NCBI GenBank assembly: GCA_964392715.1
Contig: CAYMQI010000001.1
Coordinates: 1 to 60,721, forward strand
Origin: an uncultured Pseudomonadales bacterium
GTDB taxonomy: Bacteria > Patescibacteriota > Microgenomatia > UBA1400 > CAYNFZ01
Direction of reading: 5' to 3'
Length of the DNA: 60,721 nucleotides
Positions 37,158 to 46,808 of the stretch are shown here, piece after piece; within the stretch, counting starts at the first letter, position 1, and each line of letters begins with the position of its first letter. The notes beneath the pieces are model-generated. The model was not told the origin of the DNA. It was given only the letters and a program-made list of their open reading frames with translations, and ran no database searches. The position numbers and the translations under genes are program-made.

Positions 37158-38409
37158 ACAATTCATTGGCAGTCAAACTGCCAAAGACAGCTTCATCAGT
37201 TCTACCGGCCAGCTGGCGGCCTCGGTGATGGGTGCGGTTTTTTTTGCCCTCACCGCCCGCTTTTTGGGCCCCAAAAACTTCGGTATTTTTTCCTTAGCCT
37301 TGGCTTCGGCCGTGATTGTCAAAGATTTATTAGGCCCGGCCATCAACGCCAATTTGCTGCGTTTCGTCCCCGCCCAAACCGACAAAACCGTTGCCTACCA
37401 ATACATTAAGTACGCCGCCCTAATTGTCTTGGCCTACTACGCCGTCATCTCCCCGATCATCCTCGTCGCCAACCGCTTCTTTTCTTTTGTAATTTTTCAT
37501 CAATTCTTTTTTGCCTTGATTCCTCTGACAATTGCCACCGCCCTCGGCTTCTCTCTAGCAGGTTTTATTTCCGGTTACTTACAAGCCGAGAAAATGTTTT
37601 TCCAAGACGCCCTCCTGACCATGGCCCAACCCATGCTGCGCTTGATTTTCCTCACCCTGGTTTATTCTCTGGGCCTTTTGTCAATTCAATCTCTTTTGGT
37701 TTTGAACTTGACCGCTTACGTCATCGTCTCCGTCGCCGGCCTCAGCTTTTTCTCCCCGGCTATCCTCGCCACCAAAGTAAGTGCCAAAGTCCGCCGTGCC
37801 ACCAACCGTTTTCTGCCCCTGATGGCCGCCTCCGTGGGCACCAGTACCGTCACCGACCGCCTCAACCTGTTCATTACCAATTTCTACACGAGCGCCTCAG
37901 AAGTGAGTCTTTTGGCAGTCGTGGGCGCCCTCTTTACCCCAGCCAAACAGATTTCCGGCTCCATTAGCAGTGTCTTGGGCTCCCGTTTTGCCGCCTTTCA
38001 GACTAGGGCTGAAGCCTATGATTATCTCCAAAAGGCCGTGGCCCTCTCCTCCCTCATGGCCTCACTCCTTATCACCAGCATGATTTTTGCCCGGCCCGTT
38101 ATCCTGATTATCTACGGCCAAGCTTTTGCCGACGCCATTCCCATTTTCCAAATCTTCACCATTGCCTACGCTTTTTTTATTTTTCAAATCCCCTTCTCCG
38201 CCATGCTACTTTATTTCAAAGGCCGTTCAGACTTGCTGGCCGTCATCGCCGGCATTAGCTTAATTCTTACCGTCGCTGCCAATTTAATCCTTATCCCCAG
38301 GTTTGGCGTGATCGGCGCCGCTTCATCATTGGTGGCGGTTTTAATCGCTTCTGCCATTATCACCATCGCCGCTTCTTTCCTCGCCCGCCGCCACGTCCGG
38401 AGCACTTAG
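37138..38409 (+). CDS. wzx: Polysaccharide flippase, MOP superfamily (Wzx-like)
   Basis: About 12 hydrophobic segments. The N-terminus (FIGSQTAKDSFISSTGQLAASVMGAVFFALTARFLGPKNFGIFSL) is typical of Polysacc_synt flippases. ATG at 37138. Confidence 0.65.
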   Translation: MFQHLLKQFIGSQTAKDSFISSTGQLAASVMGAVFFALTARFLGPKNFGIFSLALASAVIVKDLLGPAINANLLRFVPAQTDKTVAYQYIKYAALIVLAYYAVISPIILVANRFFSFVIFHQFFFALIPLTIATALGFSLAGFISGYLQAEKMFFQDALLTMAQPMLRLIFLTLVYSLGLLSIQSLLVLNLTAYVIVSVAGLSFFSPAILATKVSAKVRRATNRFLPLMAASVGTSTVTDRLNLFITNFYTSASEVSLLAVVGALFTPAKQISGSISSVLGSRFAAFQTRAEAYDYLQKAVALSSLMASLLITSMIFARPVILIIYGQAFADAIPIFQIFTIAYAFFIFQIPFSAMLLYFKGRSDLLAVIAGISLILTVAANLILIPRFGVIGAASSLVAVLIASAIITIAASFLARRHVRST

Positions 38410-38419
38410 CAGAAAGATA

Positions 38420-39220
38420 ATGGCCTCAATTACCAGCCACACTATCGTCAGGAACGAAGACCGCTTTATTTGGTATGCCATCATGTCTGTTATCAGTGAG
38501 GTCGATCGGATGATTATCTACGACACCGGCTCCACCGACCGCACAGTCGAAGTGATCAAATCCATCAACAGTAGCAAAATCTATTTCCAACAAATACCCA
38601 CCACCACTTCTGCCCAAATCACCAATCTCCGTCGCCGGCAACTTAAACTAACCAAAACGGATTGGTTTATGCTCCTAGACGGTGATGAGATTTGGAATCA
38701 AGATACTATCAAACAATTCACCCAGTTCGCCACTTCCCAGCCTAAACGGGTTAAAGCAGTCATCGCCCGCACCAGAAACTGCGTCGGCGACATCTATCAT
38801 TACTTACCAGAATCCACCGGCAAATATCACCTCAAAGGTGTTACCGGCCACCTCACCGTTCGTGCCTACCGCCAACTTCCCGGCTATAACTGGATCGGCC
38901 ACTACCCCATGGAAGCCTACGCCGACCGCTCCCACCAAAAAATCAATAATCAAAATGAAGACCTGGCGTTTTTTGATAATTTTTATTGGCACATGACCCA
39001 CTTGACCAGAAGCACCAGCCCCGACCGCGTCTTGGGTTTTAGAAATCATAAGTATGACTTAGGCATTGCCGTCAACACTAAACAACAATTACCCAAAGTA
39101 TTTTTTTCTCCGGCTGCACCAAAGTTTGCGCATGTCACCAAACCTAGGAGTGTCAGCTATACTCTCACTGCCGCTGCCTTGGCACCGTTTAAATATATCA
39201 AAAATTACCCCACCTCATGA
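38420..39220 (+). CDS. Glycosyltransferase family 2-like
   Basis: Motifs: SHTIVRNEDRFI, MIIYDTGSTDRT, MLLDGDEIW. Confidence 0.6.
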   Translation: MASITSHTIVRNEDRFIWYAIMSVISEVDRMIIYDTGSTDRTVEVIKSINSSKIYFQQIPTTTSAQITNLRRRQLKLTKTDWFMLLDGDEIWNQDTIKQFTQFATSQPKRVKAVIARTRNCVGDIYHYLPESTGKYHLKGVTGHLTVRAYRQLPGYNWIGHYPMEAYADRSHQKINNQNEDLAFFDNFYWHMTHLTRSTSPDRVLGFRNHKYDLGIAVNTKQQLPKVFFSPAAPKFAHVTKPRSVSYTLTAAALAPFKYIKNYPTS

Positions 39221-39975
39221 GTTTACCAAAAAACATCTGGTCCCAAAAAGAATATTACGACAAGATTAAATCTTGGGACGATCTCTCCCACCCGGGTATC
39301 AAAACTATTGCCGCTTACATCAAAGACCTCCACGCCATTTTAGATATTGGCTGTGGCGATGGTCGTAAACTGACCCTCTTGGGCAGCAACACCAACTTTC
39401 GGGTAGGTACCGAGGTCTCGACAACACCACTCATCAATGGCAACCACCTTGGCGTCGTCGCCCTTGGCGAACAGTTGCCCTTTGCCGACCATAGCTTCAA
39501 CGCCGTTACTTCTTTCTTTGTTTTGGAACACACCCAAACACCCCAACTCGTCGTCGAAGAAGTCCTCCGGGTATTAAAACCAAAGGGTTTACTTTGTTTT
39601 CTCGCACCCAACTACGGCGCCCCCAACCGCGCCTCCCCCAATTTCCAAGGCTCCAGGTTGACCAAACTAATCGCTGGCTTTTTATCCTCTTTTTTCTTCA
39701 CGAACTCCCTCTCTTGGCGCCAAGTTACCCCTCAAATTGACGACATCAACCAGTTTCACAGCGACTTAGACACAACGGTCGAACCAAGCCTCACATCCTT
39801 AATTCACTTTCTAGGACGTCGCAACATGAAACTGCTCCACACCTCATCCTACTGGGACATGGAAACCCGCCACCCCAAACTACACCAAAAGCTTTTTCGT
39901 GTCCTATCAGACCTTCATCTCTACCCCTTTATCCACTGGGGACCACATTTACTCGCCATCGCTCAAAAATCATGA
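39217..39975 (+). CDS. Class I SAM-dependent methyltransferase
   Basis: ATGA overlap with the upstream gene. Motifs: ILDIGCGDGRKL, FNAVTSFFVLEH, LKPKGLLCFLAPN. Confidence 0.75.
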   Translation: MSLPKNIWSQKEYYDKIKSWDDLSHPGIKTIAAYIKDLHAILDIGCGDGRKLTLLGSNTNFRVGTEVSTTPLINGNHLGVVALGEQLPFADHSFNAVTSFFVLEHTQTPQLVVEEVLRVLKPKGLLCFLAPNYGAPNRASPNFQGSRLTKLIAGFLSSFFFTNSLSWRQVTPQIDDINQFHSDLDTTVEPSLTSLIHFLGRRNMKLLHTSSYWDMETRHPKLHQKLFRVLSDLHLYPFIHWGPHLLAIAQKS

Positions 39976-40994
39976 ACTTACTTTTTCTAAACCTCTACTC
40001 CGGCGGTCTCGAACGCGGCGCCGAATCCTTTACCCATGAATTGGTAAAAAGGCTAGGGGAGATTCACCAAGTTACTCTTATTAAAGGCAACTGCCGCCTT
40101 CAGCCCCAACACCGATTTTCCGGCTCTCTTTCCAACCAGCTTCTCAAACGCCTTTTTCTTGATGATTCAGGCCGCCAGGTCCTCACCTTTTCCCTTAAAC
40201 AACTACCTCATATTGCCTCTTCAAACTATGACGTTGTATTTTCCTTAAACGGCTTCTGGCAACTCCTACTGCTCAAACTCTTACAACCCTTTAAAGGCTA
40301 CAAAATTATCGTCACCGGCCATTCTGGTCCCGGTTGGGACGAACGTTGGAACTTATACCTTAAACCCACCTATTTTGTCGCCACCACCAAACCGACTCTC
40401 GACTGGGCACGCCACACTTGCTCCTGGATCAAATCAATTCTGATTCCCTACGCCATCGACCCACAGACTTTTCAAGTCAAACCTGCCAAAATTAATTTAC
40501 CCGGGCCACTCATCCTCTGCCCCGCCGCCCTCGTCCCCTACAAACGCCTCGACCTGGCCATCCGCGCCGTGGCCAACCTCAGGCAGGGGAGCCTTTTAAT
40601 CCTAGGCAAGGGCCCGCTTCGCCGGTCACTTACGATCCTGGGCCACCGGCTCCTTGGTAAACGATTTTTATTAACTTCTGTCTCCTATCAAGCTATACCA
40701 AGTTATTATCAAACCTGCTCCATAGTTACTCTCCCCAGCCTGCCTCAGGAGAACTCGCCCATGGTCTTTATCGAAGCCCTCGCTGCCGGTAAAATGGTAG
40801 TTGCCACCAACTCTCACAGAAACCGCTGGATGTTGGGTGGCGCTGGCTCTTACGTCGACCCCCAAGATGTCAATGCCTACTCACAAGCGCTCAAGCATAC
40901 CCTAGGCATCAAACCAGATACCTCCAAACCACTGCAAAAGTTCAGTTGGCCGGCAGTCACTAAAAAATACCAAAAGCTTATCCGTGAACAATAA
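39972..40994 (+). CDS. Glycosyltransferase family 4 (GT-B)
   Basis: ATGA overlap with the upstream gene. Motifs: LLILGKGPL, TLPSLPQENSPMVFIEALAAGKMVVATN. Confidence 0.7.
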   Translation: MNLLFLNLYSGGLERGAESFTHELVKRLGEIHQVTLIKGNCRLQPQHRFSGSLSNQLLKRLFLDDSGRQVLTFSLKQLPHIASSNYDVVFSLNGFWQLLLLKLLQPFKGYKIIVTGHSGPGWDERWNLYLKPTYFVATTKPTLDWARHTCSWIKSILIPYAIDPQTFQVKPAKINLPGPLILCPAALVPYKRLDLAIRAVANLRQGSLLILGKGPLRRSLTILGHRLLGKRFLLTSVSYQAIPSYYQTCSIVTLPSLPQENSPMVFIEALAAGKMVVATNSHRNRWMLGGAGSYVDPQDVNAYSQALKHTLGIKPDTSKPLQKFSWPAVTKKYQKLIREQ

Positions 40995-41844
40995 ACCGCT
41001 TGTCACCGCCATCATTCCCACTTACAACGAGGCCGCCCACATTGCCGACTGCTTAACCAGCTTACTCGAACAAACCTATCTACGCCTGGAAATTATTGTT
41101 GTCGACGACGGTTCCACTGACAAGACTGTCAACCTGGTCCGGGATTTCATTGAGGTCAAAAAATCAAAAACCCACATCACCTTGCTCACTCAGAAACACC
41201 TTGGCCCTGGGGCTGCCCGCAACCAAGCGGCTGCAGTAGCCCACGGCCGCATCTTGGTCTTTGTCGACGCCGATATGGTTTTTGACCATGGCTTTATCAA
41301 TCACCTCACCGCTCCCATTAGGCAAGGCAAAACCATCGGCACTTTTTCCAAAGAAGAATACGTGGCCAACACCAAAAACCAGTGGGCCAAGTCTTGGAGC
41401 CTCCTGCGCGGCTGGCAGCAAGGCAGAATGCACTCACCTGATCAACCAGAAACTCAGGCCGTCTTCCGCGCCATTACTACCGGAGCTTTCAAACAATCCG
41501 GTGGCTTCGACCAAAACCGCGGTTACGACGACGACTGGAGTCTCTCCGAAAAACTGGCAACACTCGCCACCAACGCGCCCCAAGCGATCATCTATCACAA
41601 GAACCCGGATTCTTTGGGGGAAATTTATACTCAATCAAAATGGATGGCCAAGAGAAGATATAAATTCGGTTTATTGGGTAAATTATTTGCTCTGATTCGC
41701 GTCTCACCGATATTTTCCTTGATTAATAGCCACAGGTTGGCCAAAAAGCACAACTTTAAACCCCTATTTCAAGCCAAACTTATCTCCGACCTTGGACAAC
41801 TGCGCGGCCTCATCGAATCATTTACTGGAAATACCGCCCGATGA
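40984..41844 (+). CDS. Glycosyltransferase family 2
   Basis: Motifs: VTAIIPTYNEAAHI, IIVVDDGSTDKT, ILVFVDADMVF. GTG start. Confidence 0.8.
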   Translation: MNNKPLVTAIIPTYNEAAHIADCLTSLLEQTYLRLEIIVVDDGSTDKTVNLVRDFIEVKKSKTHITLLTQKHLGPGAARNQAAAVAHGRILVFVDADMVFDHGFINHLTAPIRQGKTIGTFSKEEYVANTKNQWAKSWSLLRGWQQGRMHSPDQPETQAVFRAITTGAFKQSGGFDQNRGYDDDWSLSEKLATLATNAPQAIIYHKNPDSLGEIYTQSKWMAKRRYKFGLLGKLFALIRVSPIFSLINSHRLAKKHNFKPLFQAKLISDLGQLRGLIESFTGNTAR

Positions 41845-43352
41845 AAAAAATCTTCTTTCTGTTACTGGCCGCTTTTTGTTTCCGGCTTATCGCTCTTGAC
41901 CAATCGCTTTGGCTCGATGAGGCCATCAGCGTCCACGCCGCTTCTGGAAATATCTTCGACATGCTCACTCATTATTCCCTCACCGACTTCCACCCTCCCC
42001 TTTACTACGCCATTCTTCACTTTTGGACCAAGATTTTTGGCCTCAGAGAAATCTCCGTCCGTCTCCCCTCAGTAATTTTTGGCCTCCTGACCATCTTCTT
42101 TACTTACAAAATCGCCGAACAGATTTTTCCCAAGAAGAGTTTGGCATTTGGCGTTTGGCAATTAGAATTAAAATATATTCCACCGTTATTATTGACCACT
42201 TCCGGCCTTCACATTTATTATTCCCAGGAGGCCAGGATGTATTCAGGGGCTGCTTTGGCCATCGCCGCCAGCATTTATTTTCTACTGCGACTTATCGATA
42301 ATGATCGAGGTCTCTTTGCCAACTTGAAACAGCTTTTTTTCCATCAAAAACCGAGCCATGTCCTCTTGCTCCCCACCCGACACCAACTCACGGATCGTGG
42401 CTATCTCACCTTTTCACTGCTTTTCACCCTCTGTCTGTCTCTGGCACTCTACACCGACTACCTGCCCTGGCTGTTGTTGCCTCTATTCTTTTTAATTATT
42501 CCGGCTCACACCCTTGTCTCGCTCCTGCTAACTCTTCCTTGGTGGCCGTCCCTTACCCAACAGTTGACCGTCGGCCTGGCTACGGCCCGCGACTTCCCCT
42601 TATGGAGCCAGGTGGTTGGCGGCTTTTCGCTTCAGTCTCTTGCCTTGATTCCGGTTAAGTTTGTCATCGGCCGCACCAGCCTCGACAACAACTTCATCTA
42701 CGCTCTCCTGCTTGCGCCGGTCCTGTTTAGCCTCGCTTTCTTGATATTTTCCAGCCTTCGTCGCTTGACCCGTACCCGGGATCGCAACCAATACATTACT
42801 TACTTCTGGCTCCTTACCCCAGTACTTATCGGCACGGCCCTTTCCTTTAAAGTTTCCCTGCTCTCCTACTTCCGCTTTTTGTTCATTTTGCCCGCTTTCT
42901 ATCTTATTCTCACCACTGGGCTTGCTGCCATTAAACCTAAATTAGCCGCCAAACTTTTTGCCCTGATTCTCGCCGTCAACCTGTTCACCTCGGCTGCCTA
43001 TTTGTTCCTTCCCCAATTCCACCGCGAGAACTGGCGTGGGTTTTCCGACTATATTAACGCCCGCCAGGCAACACCAGCCGTCACCTTAATTCCCTCACTC
43101 GCCCAAGCGAGCCCCTACCTGTTTTACCAACGGCAAGTCCCCATTGCAGACGAGATCGTCTTTGATCCGGCCGCCCCCCCCGAAACCGTTTATTTAGTAA
43201 GATATGTGCAGGAAATCTTTGACCCCACCGATTCTCTACGCCTCAAACTCGAGAATTTAGGCTACCGGCGCACCGACACTAGGAATTTTAACGGCGTTGT
43301 GGTCTGGATCTACGCTTACACCGGTCAGATTTTCGCAATGAACGTTTTTTAG
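41841..43352 (+). CDS. Polytopic membrane glycosyltransferase, GT-C fold (GT39/GT83-like)
   Basis: ATGA overlap with the upstream gene. LWLDEAISV ... FHPPLYYAILHFWTKIFG is the classic ArnT/PMT first-loop pattern. Confidence 0.75.
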   Translation: MKKIFFLLLAAFCFRLIALDQSLWLDEAISVHAASGNIFDMLTHYSLTDFHPPLYYAILHFWTKIFGLREISVRLPSVIFGLLTIFFTYKIAEQIFPKKSLAFGVWQLELKYIPPLLLTTSGLHIYYSQEARMYSGAALAIAASIYFLLRLIDNDRGLFANLKQLFFHQKPSHVLLLPTRHQLTDRGYLTFSLLFTLCLSLALYTDYLPWLLLPLFFLIIPAHTLVSLLLTLPWWPSLTQQLTVGLATARDFPLWSQVVGGFSLQSLALIPVKFVIGRTSLDNNFIYALLLAPVLFSLAFLIFSSLRRLTRTRDRNQYITYFWLLTPVLIGTALSFKVSLLSYFRFLFILPAFYLILTTGLAAIKPKLAAKLFALILAVNLFTSAAYLFLPQFHRENWRGFSDYINARQATPAVTLIPSLAQASPYLFYQRQVPIADEIVFDPAAPPETVYLVRYVQEIFDPTDSLRLKLENLGYRRTDTRNFNGVVVWIYAYTGQIFAMNVF

Positions 43353-43386
43353 CATTACTCATTACTTCCGACTTCTACTCCCTACC
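43353..43386 (+). repeat. 7-nt periodic units (CATTACT family) filling the whole intergenic gap
   Basis: cattact cattact tccgact tctactc cctacc, then the ATG at 43387. Begins immediately after the stop at 43352. Confidence 0.7.
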
Positions 43387-44505
43387 ATGAAAATCGGCAT
43401 CGATATCACCCAAGCCCAATACCAAGGTACCGGAGTCGGTACCTATACCCTGTCTCTGGTCAAAGCCCTGCTTGACCTTGATTTCAACAACTACTATCTT
43501 CTTTTTGGCGGATCTTTGCGCGGTTTTGGGAATCTAAAAAAAATTGCCACCACCCTACCCGCTCCCGAAAAAAAGCTCTACCCCCTGCCCCCACTGGCTC
43601 TGGATTTAATTTTCAACCGCCTTCACAGCGTGCCCATAGAAACTTTCACGGGATATTTAGATATTTTTCACGCTTCCGATTGGACCCATCCACCCACCAC
43701 CAACGCCAAAACTGTTACCACCGTTCACGATTTGACCACTATTAAATTTCCCCAGAACCAACACCCCAAAAACATCGCCACTCACCAGCGCCGTCTCCAC
43801 TGGGCCGTGCGCGAAGCCGCCGCCATTATTACCGATTCCCAGGCTACCAAACGGGATCTAATCGAACTCTTTCCCCAATCTGAGCCGCGTATTACCACCA
43901 TCTACCTGGCACCCAGAGACGGTGTCACTGCCTTTGCCCGTTTAAGTCATCCCCAAAAACATCGCCGCATTGACCAGATCAAAACCAAATACCACTTACA
44001 TAATGAATATATCTTGAGCTTGGGCACCAACGAACCCCGCAAAAACTTGTTAAGGACAGTCAAGGCGTATACTCAAAGTGATTTGGTCGAAGACTTGGTC
44101 ATCGCCGGTCGCTTCGGTTGGGGGTCCAAGGTTAAACCGGCTCCATCAATCAAAGTCTTAGGTCTTGTTGGCGACCAGGACTTGCCCGCCCTCATTGCCG
44201 GTGCCTCTTGTTTTGTTTACCCCTCTTTGTACGAGGGCTTCGGCCTGCCGGTTCTGGAAGCCATGGCTCTCGGGGTTCCCACAGTCACCACCAACCAAGG
44301 TAGTCTCAAAGAAATCGCCGGGCAAGCAGCAGTTAGTGTTGATCCTTACCATACCGCCTCCATCACCGCCGGTATCAAAAAGGCTTTACTTAATCCCAAA
44401 CTCTACCAAGACGAAGGTCTCAAACAAGCCCGTAAATTTAGCTGGCCCCAAACGGCCGCCCAAACCCTGGCGATCTATGAACAGGTTTACCAAACCGCAA
44501 ACTAG
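43387..44505 (+). CDS. Glycosyltransferase family 4 (GT-B)
   Basis: Motifs: MKIGIDITQAQYQGTGVGTY, FVYPSLYEGFGLPVLEAMALGVPTVTT. Confidence 0.85.
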   Translation: MKIGIDITQAQYQGTGVGTYTLSLVKALLDLDFNNYYLLFGGSLRGFGNLKKIATTLPAPEKKLYPLPPLALDLIFNRLHSVPIETFTGYLDIFHASDWTHPPTTNAKTVTTVHDLTTIKFPQNQHPKNIATHQRRLHWAVREAAAIITDSQATKRDLIELFPQSEPRITTIYLAPRDGVTAFARLSHPQKHRRIDQIKTKYHLHNEYILSLGTNEPRKNLLRTVKAYTQSDLVEDLVIAGRFGWGSKVKPAPSIKVLGLVGDQDLPALIAGASCFVYPSLYEGFGLPVLEAMALGVPTVTTNQGSLKEIAGQAAVSVDPYHTASITAGIKKALLNPKLYQDEGLKQARKFSWPQTAAQTLAIYEQVYQTAN

Positions 44506-45619
44506 CCTCATCAGCCTCGTTATCTTACTCTTGCTTATCTTCCGCCTGTTGGGCCTTGTCTCCAACTACCACCTTGCCCTGGGGAGTAGCTTCAATTTAC
44601 CAGAGGCCCAAACTATGTACGAACACTCCCAGTACAACTTGGGCCAGGCTGAGTTTTTCGGCAACATCAACGACGACATCCTCTACACTTACGCTGGCAT
44701 CCGCGCTGCTGCCGGTGCCGACCCAAGCCTGATCAATCCCGAAACCCCCTATTTGATCAAATATCTGTATGGCTTCTCGGTCTTGATTTTTGGCAACGCC
44801 GTTATCATTCAGGCTTTATTTTCACTTGGTTTGCTCGTCGTCACCGGTTATCTTGCCTACCTGTTTACCGGCAACCCCCTCCTCTCCTTACTATCAGCTA
44901 GCCTCTTGACTTTCGACAAGGTCTTTATCGATCAATCATTTGCTTCCTTTCTTGATCTTCCCCATGCTCTGTTTATTGTCTCGACTTTTATTGCCTTCAC
45001 CCTTTATTCCAGGCAGACCAATCCGCAACAAGCCAGACGCCTGCTTATCATCACCGGAGCTTTGGTTGGTGCGGTCGCCGCTACCAAGTTTTTCGCCACC
45101 GCCCTAGTTCTTTATTTAGTGTTCCTTCTTTTCCTTCAAAAGACTCTCAGCAATTTGCTCCGCTTAACCACTCCTGCCCTGCTTGTTTACTTGGCAAGTT
45201 TTCTCGCCTTTTTCTACCACCATCCCAATCCCCTCGATTTTCTAACCCTCCACTTTAACCTTCTCAAGCTCTACAAATCCTATCTGCCCGCTTACCCTCA
45301 AGGCGAGTTTTTGCGCATCATTTTCTTGGGTGAGTGGCGTACCTGGTGGGGCAGTGACCCGATCATTAAAGTCAGCGCCTGGACCCTGATCTGGCCGGTC
45401 ACCACCGCCACTTCTCTGCTTGCCCCCTTATTATTGGCAAATAAGCAAAGAACACAAATTTTACCCATGTTCACATTTATTACTCTTTATCTTTTCACGA
45501 ACTTATTTCACGTCATCTTCCCCAGGTATCTCCTTAGTATCCTTCCGCTGTTAATTGTTGTTACAATATTCATCCTGTCTCAAATTACAGGAAAGATCAA
45601 CAAATTATTGACCAAATAA
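44477..45619 (+). CDS. Polytopic membrane glycosyltransferase, GT-C-like (PMT_2-type)
   Basis: I preferred the internal ATG at 44477 (MNRFTKPQTSLISLVILLLL); the track start at 44165 runs through the preceding GT4 gene. Loop motif: NDDILYTYAGI ... NPETPYLIKYLYGFSVLIFGN. Confidence 0.6.
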   Translation: MNRFTKPQTSLISLVILLLLIFRLLGLVSNYHLALGSSFNLPEAQTMYEHSQYNLGQAEFFGNINDDILYTYAGIRAAAGADPSLINPETPYLIKYLYGFSVLIFGNAVIIQALFSLGLLVVTGYLAYLFTGNPLLSLLSASLLTFDKVFIDQSFASFLDLPHALFIVSTFIAFTLYSRQTNPQQARRLLIITGALVGAVAATKFFATALVLYLVFLLFLQKTLSNLLRLTTPALLVYLASFLAFFYHHPNPLDFLTLHFNLLKLYKSYLPAYPQGEFLRIIFLGEWRTWWGSDPIIKVSAWTLIWPVTTATSLLAPLLLANKQRTQILPMFTFITLYLFTNLFHVIFPRYLLSILPLLIVVTIFILSQITGKINKLLTK

Positions 45620-45642
45620 CTTCCGGCTATCTAGCCACCAAA

Positions 45643-45698
45643 AACCATATAACCATTGAACCGTCAAACCATTCAGTCATCTAACCATTATTCATCAT
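45643..45698 (+). repeat. Direct tandem array, 8-nt period, unit AACCATNN (6 to 7 units)
   Basis: Hexamers start at 45643 (aaccat), 45651 (aaccat), 45659 (aaccgt), 45667 (aaccat), 45675 (agtcat), 45683 (aaccat) and 45691 (ttcatc). Lies between the stop at 45619 and the ATG at 45708. Confidence 0.8.
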
Positions 45699-45707
45699 TC
45701 TATTCCT

Positions 45708-46808
45708 ATGTTCATCGCCATCGACGGCAACGAAGCCAACGCCCCTCAAAGAGTCGGCAGCAATGTCTACGCCCACCGGCTCTTACAAGGCATCAACCAC
45801 TTCGACCCTCACACCCACTACCAAATTTATCTCAAATCGAAACCCGCCTCCGACATGCCTCCGGCCTCACCCCACTGGCGCTATCGTATTTTTGGCCCGC
45901 GTCCGGCTTGGACCCGGTGGCGCCTGCCCTTAGACCTTTATCTAACTCACCCTCGTCCCCACCTCTTTTTTACCCCTGGCCACTACGCTCCAGCCTTCTC
46001 TCCCGTGCCCACAGTCATCTCCATCATGGACTTGGCCTTTCTCTACTTCCCCGAGACATTCACACCGAGGGCTCTAGCCCAACTCAAATCCTGGACCAAA
46101 AGTTCGGCCCTGTCTGCGACCCATATCTTCACCATTTCCCACCATTCCAAAGGAGATATCATCAAACACTACGGCATTGATCCAGCCAAGATCACCGTCA
46201 CCTACCCCGGTAGTGGCCTTGAGGATTCTCCCCGCCCAAATGAGGACACAATCCATAACGTCCTTGCCGCACATTCCTTGCCAGAGAAATACTTTCTTTT
46301 TATCGGCACCAATCAACCCCGCAAAAATCTCCCCCGTCTCCTTGACGCCTACAGCGTCTTCTCCAAAAAACACCCGGACATCAAACTGGTTCTCGTTGGC
46401 AAGACTTGGCATCAATTCAGCCGCACCAACCTCACCCTGTTGCCAGGTGTTACACAGCTTGATTACCTGGATCAACCAGAACTTCTAGCAGTCCTATCGG
46501 GCGCTCAAGCCTTAATTTTCCCCTCACTCTATGAAGGCTTTGGCCTTCCCGTCCTCGAAGCCATGCAGCTTGGCGTCCCAGTTGCCGCCGCCCTCACCAG
46601 CTCCATCCCAGAGATCACCGCTGACTCGCCCCTGTTATTTGACCCCACCAGTGCTCAGGCAATGGTCAGCGCTTTAGCCAAAGCCGCCTCGCTCACCGGC
46701 GAAGCCAAGCAAAAGCTCATCAAACAAGGTAAAATCAAAGCCAAAGCTTTTACTTGGGAAAAATGTACCAAGCAAACCTTGGAGGTTCTCCATGAGCTCA
46801 CCCTTTAA
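45708..46808 (+). CDS. Glycosyltransferase family 4 (GT-B)
   Basis: Motifs: MFIAIDGNEANAPQRVGSNVY, LIFPSLYEGFGLPVLEAMQLGVPV. Confidence 0.85.
   Translation: MFIAIDGNEANAPQRVGSNVYAHRLLQGINHFDPHTHYQIYLKSKPASDMPPASPHWRYRIFGPRPAWTRWRLPLDLYLTHPRPHLFFTPGHYAPAFSPVPTVISIMDLAFLYFPETFTPRALAQLKSWTKSSALSATHIFTISHHSKGDIIKHYGIDPAKITVTYPGSGLEDSPRPNEDTIHNVLAAHSLPEKYFLFIGTNQPRKNLPRLLDAYSVFSKKHPDIKLVLVGKTWHQFSRTNLTLLPGVTQLDYLDQPELLAVLSGAQALIFPSLYEGFGLPVLEAMQLGVPVAAALTSSIPEITADSPLLFDPTSAQAMVSALAKAASLTGEAKQKLIKQGKIKAKAFTWEKCTKQTLEVLHELTL

Noticed and set aside
44165-44476. N-terminal extensions proposed by the ORF track. Examples: 44165 for the GT-C gene, 7407, 17488, 25888, 5220, 52739, 59900, 33072 and 30189.
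   Set aside because: The extensions run through the preceding gene or through repeat arrays. They often begin with TTG or GTG. In each case an in-frame ATG lies at the position where the conserved family N-terminus begins.
45643-45698. Whether the 8-nt periodic arrays could be CRISPR arrays or a minisatellite inside a gene.
   Set aside because: The units are only 8 nt with no unique spacers, and no cas genes are present. The arrays lie strictly between stop and start codons. They are reported as repeats and not as CRISPR.
45656-46180. A 174-aa + strand ORF in an alternative frame over the GT4 gene at 45708..46808. Similar cases are 50436..50909, 51994..52473, 31533..32048, 41261..41695 and 1891..2331.
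   Set aside because: The products are P/S/R/H/L-rich low-complexity sequences with no family motifs. They arise because the G-poor top strand has few TAG and TGA stops. The overlapping frames carry recognisable enzyme signatures.
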